Program-made: the position numbers and the translations under genes
Shown: one piece after another, positions 36,301 through 50,055 of the stretch
Layout of the letters: every line of letters begins with the position of its first letter
Numbering within the stretch: the stretch's first letter is position 1
Assembly: GCA_951406725.2 (NCBI GenBank)
Contig: OX597816.1
Location: 160,146,001-160,210,000 of the forward strand
Reading direction: 5' to 3'
Length of the DNA: 64,000 nt
Origin: Octopus vulgaris
Lineage: Eukaryota
The notes under the pieces: model-generated
The model's database searches: none
What the model saw: only the letters and a program-made list of their open reading frames with translations
Told to the model about the DNA's origin: nothing

Positions 36301-37936
36301 GCTACCTGTCTCTGTCACTACTTCACTCACCTCCCTTCCTCCCTCTTGTCTCTTGTTAGTTCTGGTCTTCCTTATGTGCTTGCATATCATATCATATTGT
36401 AGTGAAACACAATAACTAAAGAGGCCCTGGGTGGCTCGTGGTGGGGGCGGGGTAAACTAATGTATGTGTATGTGACTCCTCCCCCCACTTCTACGTCACA
36501 CTTTGCCTCTAACTTTTATTTTTGTTGTTGTCACTGCTATTGTTAGCAATGTTTAATTTCCTTGTCTAACCTCTCTGGCTACCGCTTCGCTTCGTCTTCG
36601 CCACCCCCTCGTCACTCCTCTTAGCCCCGATCTCACCCCACCCTCTTTCTTCTGGGGGTCCAACACTGTCACTATAGATATCATACTCCTTCACCCCATC
36701 ACACCCACGTTACATACAAATGCGAGGGGGGAGGGAGGGGGAGAAAAGAGGATTACTTTTATCCTCATTTTCTTATTTCAAGGGAGCATCTTATTTTTCA
36801 AGAGCATCCCTCCCTCCTGTATACACCCCCCCACACACACACACATCCTTTTCTACTGTAGGCTTAAGGCCAGAAATTTTTGGGGAGCGACCTAGTACGC
36901 AACTGGTACTTAATTTATCGACCATGAAACGATGAAAGGCACAGTCGACCTCCGTGGAATTTGAACTCAGAATGTAAAGACAGACGAAATACCGCTATCC
37001 ATCCACCAAATCCACCCACAAGTCATTGTTCATTCCGGTGACTTAAGTAGAAGACACTTACCCAAGGTGGCACACTGAGAGACTGAACTTGAAACTATGT
37101 GGTTGAGAAGCAAACTTCTTAACCACTCAGCCATGGTTGTACTACACACACACACACACACTCATAGCTTAGTTTTTCCTTGGGGCTGGCTGGATCGGAG
37201 CAATCTCAAGATTAATCAGCCGAAATTGCTAGGATGATCCGGTTCTTGACTGAAGATTGAAGGCTTCGAATGTCCCGTCCGTGTTTTTTGTATCGTCTTC
37301 TAAATGTTTTACGTTCTTGTCCCAGTTTGTATTTTTCTACATATAATATATATATATATAATGAATAATATATATATTTTGTTTTTGGATTTGGTTTGCA
37401 AGATTGATTATGTGAGTTCGTGTGTCAAAGCATATTCTGTTGTGTCTGGGGAAAGTCATTGTCTTTTAGTGCCTAGAAAAATAAAGAAGGAAATGAGTGG
37501 AAATTTTACCAGTGTGTGTGTTAATTTATCAGGCACTAAAAGAGAATGACTCTCCCCAGACACAATAAAATATAATACACACACACACACACACACACAG
37601 GTCTACATCAAATGCCTGGAGGAGGTAGTGCTGCCCTGAGTCAAGAGGGTGGCTCCTGGCAACAGGACTCAGCACTGTACCACACAAGCAGCACTATGCC
37701 ACACAAGTCTTGCCAAAACCAGTGACCCAACACCATTGCTAGTGACATTACTTATTATGTTACCATTTCACAGAACCAACACTGCCATAACCGTTACTAT
37801 AACCACCTTTATCCACCTCATCATGTTTTCGCCGAACCCCCAGTTCTCCAGTACCATCATCATCATCATCACAGTCTCCTACACCATCAGGTCAATATCA
37901 CTATCACCACCAAATCCACCACCATCACAGTACTAT

Positions 37937-38280
37937 TCTCTTCTACTCTAGGCACATGGCCCGAAATTTTTAGGGAGGAGGCCAGTTGATTAGATCGACC
38001 CTAGTATGCAACTGGTACATAATTTATCGACCCCTAAAGGATGAAAGGCAAAGTCGACCTCAGCGGAAAAATTTTCTTTTCTACTCTAGGCACAAGGCTC
38101 GAAATTTTTGGGGAGGGGGTCCAGTCGATTAGATTGACCCTAATGCAACTGGTACTTAATTTATTGACCCCAAAAGGATGAAAAGCAAAGTCAACCATGG
38201 CAGAATTTGAACTCACATATGAAATATTGCTTAGCATTTCGCCTGGCGTGCTAACGTTTCTGCCAGTTTGCCGCTTTACC
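37937..38280 (-). mobile_element. Two tandem SINE family B copies
   Basis: Body and short tail repeated; head near 38280. Confidence 0.85.
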
Positions 38281-39359
38281 ATCTCAGCATTATTAGAATA
38301 TGACAACGATAATGATGATGACAACCACCACCACCACAACTACCATGTCTTCAGTGTTACGAGGTACCGACATCACCAAGCACAACTGATTCTTTACCAT
38401 CACCGCCACTACCACTGCCACCACTATCACCAGCACAGTATGGTAATGAGGTTGCATGTTATCCGTGTTTGTCTTTCCTGAAGGAGAATACTTACTACAC
38501 ACAAACACACACATGCACATATGCACACACACACACACATACTCACGTACATGTAAATGAAGTGAAGTGAAGTGAAATAGCAAGGACCACAGTATGGTGG
38601 TGGTGGTGGTGATGGGTAGAGATGAGTGTGTCTCTGGTAGGGTGAGGGTGGTGGTGGTGGTATTGAAACCAGGTCATGAACTTGGTTTACAGGAACTTAC
38701 ATATTTCTGCTCCTGACAATGCCTAGCATTACTGCATCACCACCTCCATCACCACCACCACAACCATCACCACCGCCGCCACCACCACCTCATTCTACTA
38801 CTACTACTGCTGCTACTGCTGTGCCAACAACACAGGCAGGACATATATGAGTGACACAAGAGAGAACAAACTACATGAAATTCTACAAACAAGATACATC
38901 AAGGACTTTGTTGTTTTATTTGACATGGGCAAGGACCCGGTAGCTGGCATCATCATCATCATCATCAAAGCTATTATGTCCGAAGTTCTAGGACTCATTG
39001 GGCCAGTCCCCCAGTTTCCACGACCTATAAATGACTGAAATCACGGTACCCCCGCTCTCCTCAAACTGGACACCAGTGCATTGCAAGGTTACTCGTTTAC
39101 AGCTGCAGAGACTGGAGCAACACAAAATGAAGTGTTTTGCTTAAAAATATGCATCACCTGCTCTGGGAATTGAAACAATAATCTTGCAATTATGAGTGCA
39201 GTATCCTAACCATCAGACCACAGGCCTTCACCCCTTTCCTTAAAATTGCCGGTTTTGTACCTAATTCAGAAAGCATTTTTTTTATAAGGCAGGTTCTTAG
39301 TTTATTCCTATTTTCTTAAAACTGGTTTTACTTACACACACATGCAACTACATTACACA

Positions 39360-39915
39360 GATGTGTGTGTGTGTATGTATTTGTATGTGTGTGTGTTGTG
39401 TGTGTTTGTATGTGTGTGGCTTCTGTGTGTGTGTATTTATATATGTTTGTATGTGCGTGTGTGTGTGTATTTATATATGTTTGTATGTGTATGTGTGTGT
39501 GTATTTATATATGTTTGTGTGTGTGTGTGTATTTATATATATGTTTGTGTGTGTGTGTGTGTGTGTATTTATGTTTGTGTGTGTGTGTATTTATATATGT
39601 TTGTGTGTGTGTGTGTGTATTTATATATGTTTGTATGTGTGTGTGTGTGTATTTATATATGTTTGTATGTGTGTGTGTGTGTATTTATATATGTTTGTAT
39701 GTGTGTGTGTTTGTGTATTTATATATGTTTGTATGTGTGTGTGTTTGTGTATTTATATATGTTTGTATGTGTGTGTGTTTATATGTTTGTATGTGTGTGT
39801 GTGTGTGTATTTATGTATGTGTGTGTGTGTATTTATATATGTTTATGTGTGTGTTTATATATGTTTGTATGTGTGTGTGTGTGTATTTATATATGTTTGT
39901 ATGTGTGTGTGTTTG
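39360..39915. repeat. ~28-34 bp minisatellite derived from (TG)n
   Basis: Unit gtatttatatatgtttgtat(gt)n repeated. Confidence 0.93.
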
Positions 39916-40569
39916 TAGAATAAAGGCACACATTATTAAGGTATTAGAAGATGGAGCTATTGACATTTAAGTAGACCCTGTCCCCTGCCTTTTCAATCCT
40001 TTATCTCCCTATATTTGCATTACTGTGGTCTTATTATTGTATAGCTTGTTCTAATTATTTGTTCCTCTTTATGTTACTCTCTTCAGCTTTAAGTGTGATA
40101 CAATAAACTTCATATTATTGTTGTGTGATTGAAAAGGGGGATTAATATAGAAATACTGACACAGTACTAGTTGCAGAATTGATAGAGTACCAAGGTTAAC
40201 AGGTTTACAGGCCTGACCTGGAGTAGATTAAATTATTGGCAACATTTGCTGTTCATAAATTGCAAGTTCAAATTTATTGTAGTCTTTCATTGTTTTGTAG
40301 TAAAACATTGTGTTCATTGCCTACAGCCAAGCCAACAATACTTAGGCACTTCTCTCTTCTTAACTGAAAGACAAGGCATCTGACCTCTTCATTCATTGCC
40401 CATACCTAGGGCAACAATACTTTCATCCCTTTTTTTTTTACTCTGTTTAAAAACAAGATGCCTTCTCACAGGTAGATCAACAACACTTTACACCTTTTTC
40501 TATTTTCATTGAAATCTAAGAATCTGAAATGTTATGGACTTTCTATTCCTCATGACATTCCAACTTATA

Positions 40570-41013
40570 TTAACCCTTTAACCATATCCAGCCCAAATAT
40601 TCTACCTTTTTTGTGTTCAAACCAGCCAGATCCAGCCTCTTACACCTACCCTACAATGATAGGAGTGGCTGTGTGGTATGTAGTTTGCTTATGAACCACA
40701 TGGTTCCGGGTTCAGTCCCACTGCGTGACACCTTGGGCAAGTGTCTTCTACTATAGCCTCGGGCCCACCAAAGCCTTGTGAGTGGATTTGGTAGACAGAA
40801 ACTGAAAGAAGCCCGTCGTATATATGTATAGATCGGTAGCCACTACACACATTTTTTTCTCTCCTTGTTTTTTTTTTCTGTGTCCCTTTCTGTAGAAGAG
40901 CGTATGCTTGAAACATAAAAGACTTTTTCAATTCCTGAACGTTATACTAATACATCTGTTTGTTTTGTACACCACCTGTCTTTGTCTTTTGTTTCTTTCG
41001 GGAACTATCCCCC

Positions 41014-41049
<36 letters not shown>

Positions 41050-41125
41050 TGTATGTATGTATGTATGTATGTATGTATGTATGTATGTATGTATGTATGT
41101 ATGTATGTATGTATGTATGTGTGTA

Positions 41126-41215
<90 letters not shown>

Positions 41216-41506
41216 CCCAACATCGCTTGACAACCGATGCTGGTGTGTTTATGTCCCTGTAACTTAGCGGTTCGGCAAAAGAGACCGATAGAATAAGTAC
41301 TAGGCTTACAAAGAATAAGTCCTGGGGTCGATTTGCTCGACTAAAAGGCAGTGCTCCAGCATGACCACAGTCAAATGACTGAATCAAGTTAAAGAGTAAA
41401 AGAGTCACATCATCAAAATTCCAAAGCTAGGAGATGATGTATGATTAATACAATGTGAATGATTAAGCATTATGTTTGACAGTCTAATCTGAATAATGAT
41501 GGGTCA
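40570..41506. mobile_element. Three-level nest: piggyBac-type MITE (40570-40660 plus 41407-41506) split by SINE A (40660-41406), which contains a Penelope-like fragment (40833-41013)
   Basis: ttaaccctt..atatccagcccaaatattct resembles the reverse complement of the 50473/60680 MITE and resumes after the SINE tail; hammerhead-like ctttCTGTAGAagagcgtatgcttGAAAcataaaag at 40886-40921. Confidence 0.75.
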
Positions 41507-42206
41507 AACATTCAACAAACTTTTCTTTGAAATAGTTTCTTATTGATGCACTTTCTATTTGACCATTATTCTTATGTATAGTTAACCATCAGACTTCTGG
41601 GAGAAGGTTTGGTCATGAAAGTTCCAGCAATTATTTTAGTTTTGTTACCGTCTCTATGCTATTGATGGTGTGGTGTTCCTGTGGTCATTCTACCCTCTAT
41701 GATGCTGCTCATCGTTTCAAGACATCTTGGAAACAGTAAACAGAAAATAATTTTTCTTGCTGCAGTCAACAAAATAATGAAACACCCAATAGTTATGTAG
41801 TATGTTTTTGGTTTGTAGTAATAAACTGTACCTACCAAACCATGCTACCATTGTAGTATGTTCTGCAGTGTGACAACATGATGAGGTTTGTCAAGGCAGT
41901 GAACTGGCAGAATCGTTAGCACATCAGGCAAAGTGCTTAGTGGCATTTCATCTGTGGTTATGCTCTGAGTTCAAATCCTACCAAGGTCAATTATGCCTTT
42001 CATCCCTTCTGAGGTCAATAAAGCAGATACCAGTTGAGCCCTGGAGTCAATGCAGTCGACTTAGCCCTCCCATGAAATTGCTGGCCTTGTGCCAAAATAC
42101 GAGACCAATATGATGAGATTTGTCTTCCCCACAAGTTATAACCACAGAACTCATTATACCAAACCAACACAACACTTGTCAGCTTTTCTACATTTCTTGT
42201 CTTTAA

Positions 42207-42680
42207 CCCTTTCATTACTGTATTTATTTTGAGATGCTCTCTGTTTCGTTCAATTAATTTTAAATGTAACAAAGAATTTAGTAAAATAACTTAGTTATCA
42301 TTAAGCTAGTATTAGGAACATAAATTTTGACTAAGGTTTGGTGGAAGATTTTAATTCAAAACTTACGAAAACAAGACATTTGTACCACAGAACCAGAAGT
42401 GGTTTCAGCCAGGTTGGGATCAAAAGGGTTAAGAATCGTTTCTCTGTTATATATTTTAACACTTTTGTTACCATATTTCTGTTGAGGTCTTCTGTGTTTC
42501 TTTCAATTAATTTTAAATAGAACAAAGAATTTAGTAAAATAACTTAGTTATCATTAAGCTAGTATTAGGAACATAAATTGTGACTAAGGTTTTGTGGAAG
42601 ATTTTAATTCAAAACTTATGAAAACAAAACATTTGTACTCAGAGCCAGAGCTGGTTTCAGCTGGGTTTGTAATGAGAGGG
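42207..42680 (+). mobile_element. Two tandem ~222-bp piggyBac-type MITEs (42207-42428 and 42460-42680)
   Basis: TTAA|CCCTTT...AAAGGG|TTAA for the first; TTAA|CACTTT...GAGGG|TTAA for the second; interiors nearly identical. Confidence 0.88.
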
Positions 42681-43738
42681 TTAAGGCTGCATATTATTCC
42701 CATATTGCAGTACCTATTTACTTTGGTTGGCAACTCACACCCTGTCAACTTCACCAAATGTATACCTCTTGCTGATATTTTCTGAAAATCCGTAAGCACA
42801 TATATATAGTCTTTACTTTATAAATATATATGTATATACTGTATAGCCTAAAGCTTATCAATGAGTGTATATATAATATGATCTTGTCTATTTATCTTAG
42901 TTCTAACTATGTACTGTATAATTGACGTTATCTAATGTAGCAATGATCATGCCAATCATAGGGGAAGTACACATTTCTGTAACTGAACGAGCCTAAATGT
43001 GCTGCCACAACACCCAAATATACTCTTAGAGCTGGGAAAGGCTGTGACAAACTGTTAAAAGTTTATACTGAATTGTAAACATCCTCAACTTTGAAACTGA
43101 ACAATTTGAAGCAAAATTTTTAGAGTTTTTAAATACACACACATACATGTGTGCATTCTTACATATACCCATGTTACAAAATAAGAGAGGAAATTAGGAA
43201 AAATATAGAAGATGATTTTCTTGGTTGCTTTTTATTTAAGTTTAAAAAACAAAATTCTTCCTGGTTATTGTAAAAAAATTGTTTATATGGTAACATACAT
43301 GTAAGTCTGGCTATTCAAGTGCAATTACTGAAAGATCAGTTACATAACCATCTTAAGGAACTGTCTCACAATAATAGCTGTAGTACTTTCATTTCTTTCA
43401 CCCACTGACATCAGTGCAAGCTGTCATGGTGTGTTGGGACTTATCTTGATTCTCACGTTAACCAGTTGAGTGTCCTTACCGAAAAAATATGTACCCAATG
43501 AAGGATAAGAACATATTAGTGATCTGGTGCTGAATGGTGACTTCCATAACCAGTTGGATTATATAAAAGGGTATCATAGAAAACTTTATCTTCCTGTAAT
43601 GTACTTAGGGGGAGTCACCTTTGTTGATGACTTATTTCTTTGAACTTTTATACCCAAAGGAAAAGTTGAACAGTACAGAGTAAAATAGCAAAACACAAAG
43701 AAATTTTACAGTGTGTTGTTTCCCCTTGATACCCTGTG

Positions 43739-43772
<34 letters not shown>

Positions 43773-45371
43773 GAGTTTTGAGATTGGGGAAAGATTAGAA
43801 TCAGATTAATATACATCATTCATTTTCCTTATTTTTGCATGGATTAAATGGATGCATTTTATTGAGGCATTGTTTTACAACCATTTGTTTTTTTTTTGTC
43901 ACTAACCTTCGGCTGTTTTTCAAGTAAGAGCTCACTTATTTCACACTGCTTCAAAGGCATGAAATGCCCAGACAATTTGGTGACAAGAGACTCTGATAAC
44001 ACTTCATATTGCACTTTTGTACAAATGACAACACCACACTATTTTTGTACAAGTGACTAAAAATGTAAACACTTAACATAGACATGTGCACACCTACACA
44101 CACATATATACGAAAGTCCTCACTATTTTTGTTTGTTACTGTTTCCATCCCTAAGTACCTCTGACCTCCATCTCTGCCATTGCACTTCTCTCAGCCCTCC
44201 CCCACTTCACATCATCTCTGTATTTCTCATCTATCTATGGTTTTATTATATTGGTACTCTCTCCACCTTCTCTGTACTGTCCCTTATCACCTACAGCTCT
44301 CTGACCCACTCCCTATTTCTTTCACTCCCCACAAAACTGAGATTCACCATTGAGCAATCATCACCTGTGTTCACAATTCACCCTAATTCACCTTTCTCTT
44401 TATTTCCAATCACCTGTGTCACTCTCACACTCTCGAGAACTGACATAACCACTCCACATTTCTGATCCTCTCTCATCCCTGACACCTTATCACCACCATC
44501 TTTTCTCCAGTTCCAGGTAGGGAAGGGCATGAATCTCCTCTGCAGCAATACACCTGTAACTACCCCTCTGTCATCTTTTTAGCTTCTTAACAACCAGCAC
44601 AAAGGGTCCCTTAATATTGCACCCTCACTCAGTCAAGAGGTCTTGGATTATGAGTTACTCGGTCATTTCATAAGTGTAGTGTCCCAAAAACGCATCTAGT
44701 GCACTATGTAAAATGGTTGATGTTATGAAGGCTATCCAGCCATAGAAACTATGCTGAAGCTTAACACAGTCCACTAGCTCATCAGATCCTGTTGAACTGT
44801 TCGATCCATGCCATCGTGGGAGGTGGACATTAACTGATAATGATGATAATGGTGGTGGTGGTAGTGTTTGTCTTTCAGTTTCCTGTTAGCAAATCCTCTC
44901 ACTTGGTTTTGGGTGGCCCCCAGAGTTATAGTAGAAGACTCTTGCCCAAGGTGGCACTCAGTGGGGACTGAACACGAGATGACATAGTGAGGAATAGAAT
45001 AAGAGCAATGGAGAATGAGGATATGCCAAAATCTGGAAGTTGTCCAACAGAAAGAAAATGTACGAAGAAATAAGGATAGAAATTCAGTGAAAGAGTTGAA
45101 AAAAATTGTGAAGAAATGTTAATGTTTTCTTCTACGTTTGAGGTTAATGGTTAGTAGAAGCAATGAGGAGAAAAAAACCCAACTTTTTCATGTTTCTATT
45201 CTATGATTTTCAATTTAAATTGTTTCACATATATATCCTTAATGCTCTTGGGGAAGATATGAAATCCCTTACTGTCACTTTTTCCTTATTCCATGAACTT
45301 CAGTTTTCATGCCAGAGTAAATAAAAGCCATTATTTTATATTTTTTCCTGAATCCTGCATACAAAAAACAA

Positions 45372-45415
<44 letters not shown>

Positions 45416-45842
45416 TCAAACAAACAAAACTGGGTAGAAATTTTCCAGTGTTTTTTATGTTCTCTGAAAAAAAAAAATAGCAAAACAACTTCACTGTTGC
45501 TGTTTTTTAATTCCTCGCCAACTTTGAGATAAATTGTGTTATTCTTTTCCTATAAATATCCATCCTTAAATAACCAACTATTCATACATTTAATAATCAA
45601 TTTTCTCTATCAAAGCTAGATAAACATGTGGTAGAATGATTGTGATCCTGTTGGCCCTTTCATGAATATAAGTACCATTTTTTTTCATAGTATTCTTCTA
45701 GACACACATATATCTGTTTACACACACATCTCTCTCTCTCTCTCTCACCTTTCTTTCTCTCTCTCTTACATCTAAATGCATTTGTATGTATGAGTATATT
45801 AATTTCTGTATATGTGTATATATATGTGTATGTTTGTGTCTG

Positions 45843-46755
45843 TAGGCGCAGCCATGGCTGTATAGAAAGAAGCTTGCTTTCCAACCACATGGTTCCAGGT
45901 TCAACTCCAGTATATATATATATATAGGTGCAGGAGTGGCTGTGTGGTAAGAAGCTTGCCTTCCAAACACATGGCTCTGGGTTCAGTCCCACTGCATGAC
46001 ACCTTGGGCAAGTGTCTTCTACTATAGCCTCAAGCCAACCAAAGCCTCGTGAGTGGATTTGGTAGATGGAAACTGAGAGAAGCCCATCATTTATATATAT
46101 GGCTTGAAGGTTTGGTAACTATTTAGTTACATATTTAGGAGTTGATTGTAATTTACTTATTGGATTTATTTATTGATACAGTTGTACACAGGATAAATGT
46201 GTTTGAAAGTTGTGGTTTCTTTGTTTTTCTCAAACAACACTTATTTTAGTGCTGTTGATACTACCAGATTGAATGGTACTAACCAGGTGTCAAAACCATA
46301 ATGATATTTGTGAGGCAGCTAATGATGTATGTATGTTGGATTGTTGGTATGGCTGTGGAATAGTATTATAACACATCCCTTTGATATATTATATATATAT
46401 ATGTATGTATATTTATGTATGCATGTTTCTGTCAGTTTCTTCCATGCACATCACCATCACTGCTTGACAACTGGTGTTGGTGTACTTGCATCCCTGAAAC
46501 TTAGTGGTTCAGCAAAAGAGACTGGCAAAATAAATACGAGGCTTAAGATATAAGTACTGGGGTTGATTCATCTAACTAAAAATTCTTCAAGGTGGGCTTC
46601 TTTCAGTTTTCGCCTACCAAATCCTCTCACAAGGGTTTGGTTCGCTCGAGGCTATAATAGATGACACTTACCCAAAGTGCCATGCAGTGGGACTGAACTC
46701 GGATCCATGTGTTTGGTAAGCAGCCTACTTACCACACAGCCACTGCTGTGCCTAT
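45843..46755. mobile_element. SINE family A fragments (heads 45843-45912 and 45926-46090, tail ~46450-46594, inverted head ~46595-46755)
   Basis: Match to the family A consensus. Confidence 0.8.
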
Positions 46756-46779
46756 TATTAAATTTTTGTGTTATTTTTT

Positions 46780-46882
46780 TATTTTATACACAATTTTTTG
46801 CGCTGAGCCCCACTTGCCCCTTCTGTTGTAATGTCTTCTTTTGTTTTGTGTTTGGCCCTTGTGGCCGTTAAAGAAAAGATTG
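46780..46882 (+). mobile_element. 3' end of an L1/Tx1-like LINE followed by (ATT)n
   Basis: ..gtttggcccttgtggccgttaaagaaaagatt then (ATT)n; resembles the 3' end of the LINE at 63290. Confidence 0.55.
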
Positions 46883-46883
46883 C

Positions 46884-46932
<49 letters not shown>

Positions 46933-46934
46933 TA

Positions 46935-47150
46935 ATGTGGTCAGCTGGCTGAATCGTTGGCACACTGGGCAAAATGCTTAGCAGGATTTCGTCTGTCCTT
47001 ACATTCTGAGTTCAAATTCCGCTGAGTTCGACTTTGCTTTCATCCTTTGAAAGTCAATGAAATAAGTACCACTCATGCACTGGAGTCAATGTAATCAACT
47101 AGCCCCTTCCCCCAAAAATTTCATGCCTTGTGCCTATAGCAGAAAGGATT
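46935..47150 (+). mobile_element. SINE family B
   Basis: Head, body and short tail, between (ATT)n tracts. Confidence 0.88.
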
Positions 47151-47179
47151 ATTGTTATTATTATCATTATTACTATTGT

Positions 47180-47665
47180 GAAGGCGTAATGGCCCAGTGG
47201 TTAGGGCAGCGGACTCGCGGTTGTAGGATCGCGGTTTCGATTCCCAGACCGGACATTGTGAGTGTTTATTGAGCAAAAACATCTAAAGCTCCACAAGGCT
47301 CCGGTGGGGGGTGGCAAACCCTGCTGTACTCTCTCACCACAACTTTCTCTCTCTCTTTATTTCAAAGGGCCAGCTTTGTCACACTCTGTGTCACACTGAA
47401 TCTCCCCGAGAACTACATTAAGGGTACCCGTGTCTGTGAAAGGCTCGGTCACTTGCACATTATTAAATGAGCTGTGATGTCACTGGTGCCAAGCTGTATA
47501 GGCCTTTGCCTTTCCCTTGGATAACATCAGTGGTGTGGAGAGGGGGAGGCTGGTATGCATGGGTGACTGCTGGTCTTCGATAAACAACCTTGCTCAGACT
47601 TGTGCCTTGGAGGGTAACTTTCTAGGTACAATCCCATGGTCATTCATGACCAAAGGGGGTCACAA
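47180..47665 (+). mobile_element. SINE family C head and body joined to the tail seen at 12975-13190
   Basis: tggcccagtggttagggcagcggactcgcgg..ggtttcgattccc head; body as in 52085-52460(-); final part homologous to the 12880 element. Confidence 0.8.
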
Positions 47666-47690
47666 CAACACAACAATTATTATTATTATT

Positions 47691-47897
47691 CCTTTATCAC
47701 AGGTTTTGTTGGAGCTCCTCTAAGACTTGCATGCATAGCGGGCTTGCTGCCTGCAGCCTATGATACCATGCTATCTGTTCTTTTCAACTATCAAATGCTT
47801 TCCTGATTATTCTAGCTGTGCCAATGAGGCAAACCCTTTGTAACAGTTCTACTGGGTACTCTATTCTGATTTCCTTTATATTCCTCTTGATGCCTTG
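47691..47897 (-). mobile_element. 3' fragment of an R4/Dong-like (restriction-like endonuclease) LINE inserted in (TAA)n
   Basis: Translation QGIKRNIKEIRIEYPVELLQRVCLIGTARIIRKAFDS* (47784-47897) matches the R4/Dong C-terminal motif; short 3' UTR; (AAT)n on both sides. Confidence 0.8.
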
Positions 47898-48026
47898 TTA
47901 TTATACCTTATTATTATTATTATTATCATTATTATGTGAGGTTGTTGATTGAAGACATTGTGTCTACCAGGGTGTGTGTGTACTGTTTGACCAGTCACAA
48001 GACAGTACTTTACACAATATGCATGC

Positions 48027-48060
<34 letters not shown>

Positions 48061-48651
48061 TGTAGTAGTAGTAGTGGTGGTGGTGTTAATAAAGTGGTGG
48101 ATTGGAACAATCATAAGAGCATTAGAAAAATTACTTGGTGTTATTTGTACTTATACACAACAAGCTTCTTTCAGTTTCCATCAGTCAAATCCACTCAAGT
48201 GACTTTGGTTAGCTTGGGGCAATAGCAGAAAGACACTTGTCAAAGGTGTCATGCAGTGGAATTGAACCCAAAACCACATGGCTGCAAAGCAAACTTCTTA
48301 ATATAAAAGTGTTATTTTCTCTGGTTATGCTCTACTAAGTTTACTGCGATTTCACTCTGCCTTGTCGAGTAACCCTTCATTAGCCATTCTATGGGACCCA
48401 TTCTGTATATGAACCCACTGCACTTGATGATTTCTTCATTTCAAAGGGTTTACTCTCTCCGGGAATGTGGAAAGGTTTTTTTTCTTCTTTTTTTTAGTGG
48501 TTAGGAAGATTTTATCTCTGGCTGTCTACCTTTAGGGAACAACAAGATACTTGTATTTACTGAGATATAGACTCAAGGGATTGCTCGAGAGATCTTTCTG
48601 GAAAGATTTTCTGCTTTATGATTTCTTACTTTAACATCCCTGCATTTACAA

Positions 48652-48696
<45 letters not shown>

Positions 48697-48817
48697 AGCA
48701 ATAAAAGACATACATGCACCCCCACACACACGTCATCATTCAGTTGTGGAGATATCCAGTTTATTAGAAAATTTGCTCAAACATTTACACTTACATGCAC
48801 ATGTACACATATACACA

Positions 48818-48870
<53 letters not shown>

Positions 48871-49174
48871 TTACTTAAGAGAAAAATCAAATGAAGGAAA
48901 GCAACAACGTTTCCATGAACCGAGGAAACTCCCAACTCCCAATGGTTAGTATCCAGGAGAGTATAGCTTATCTGTTTACATCTAACACATTAAAGGAGCC
49001 ACACACTACAAACAAACAAAACTGCGCGAAGTTAAATATTATTTTATTTATTTTTTATATTTAGTTTTTCAACTATGACAAGAGACCTTATTCCCAGCTG
49101 ATATGGTAACCAGTTCCTTGGATATATATTCCTGTTGGATTTAGTTTCACTGATGTGTATGAAAGAGAGATAAT

Positions 49175-49351
49175 CCTTTCTACTATAGGCACAAGGCCAG
49201 AACCTTTGGGGGAGGGGACTAGTCGATCGACCCCAAAAGGACGAAAGGCAAAATTGCCCTTGGCAGAATTTGAACTCAGAATGGAGCGACAGGTGAAATA
49301 CTGCTAAGCATTTCATCCAACGTGCTAATGACTCTGCCATCTCACTGCCTT
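49175..49351 (-). mobile_element. SINE family B (internally deleted) with a 17-bp TSD
   Basis: tatgaaagagagataat at 49158-49174 and 49352-49368. Confidence 0.85.
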
Positions 49352-50055
49352 TATGAAAGAGAGATAATGAGAATGTGGTGACATAGAATATCTCAAGTCA
49401 AACTGTAATTCAATCAAAGGCCAATCTCAAAATGCTGAACTTAATGAAATGAAATGAAATGATAAAGGACTGAGAAATGTGGTGAGTTATTGTATTCAAG
49501 AAGACCCACCCACCACGACAAAATTGATATCCTAAACCCAATGTGACACTTAAAAAGGGTGGGTGTGGGTGCTGGTGCCACGTAAAAAGTGCTGGTACTG
49601 GTGTCATGTAAAAAGCACCCAGTACACTCTGTAAAGTGGTTGGTGTTAAGGGCAACCAGCTGTAGAAACCAAGCCAAAACAGATTATGGGACCTGGTGTG
49701 GCCCTCTAGCCTTGCTAGTTCATGACAAGCTGTCCAACCCATGCCAGCATGGAAAATAGATATTAAGGATATGTGTATATGATAGGTTTAGATATATATT
49801 CCATCTATCAAATTCCACCTTATGATATTGGTGAACCTGAGGCTGTTATAGAAGACATTTATTGAAGGTGCTGTGTTGTGGTATTGAACCCAGAAACATG
49901 TGGTTGCCAAGTGGGCTTCTTAACTACATGTCCATGCCACTGCTTTGGGTTAAAGGCCTAAATATCTTACATGATTTTATTTTAGAATTGTAAAGTAAAG
50001 CTTAACCCTTTAGCATTCAGATTACTGTCAATTGTAATGTTTATTTATTCACTTT

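Noticed and set aside
35020-36415. His/Ser/Thr-rich ORFs
   Set aside because: Degenerate CAT/CAC microsatellites; no supported splice structure.
39342-39970. Cys/Val-rich ORFs of ~190-200 aa
   Set aside because: Translation of the TG-derived minisatellite; not a metallothionein.
43380-43680. Faint resemblance to a Penelope GIY-YIG region (CASCH..)
   Set aside because: Too many stops and too little motif match to support without a profile search; the same applies to ~3960-4100 and ~48330-48620.
47180-47255. tRNA-like sequences at SINE 5' ends (also 29238, 5563, 52460)
   Set aside because: SINE heads with broken cloverleaves that continue into SINE bodies; not tRNA genes.
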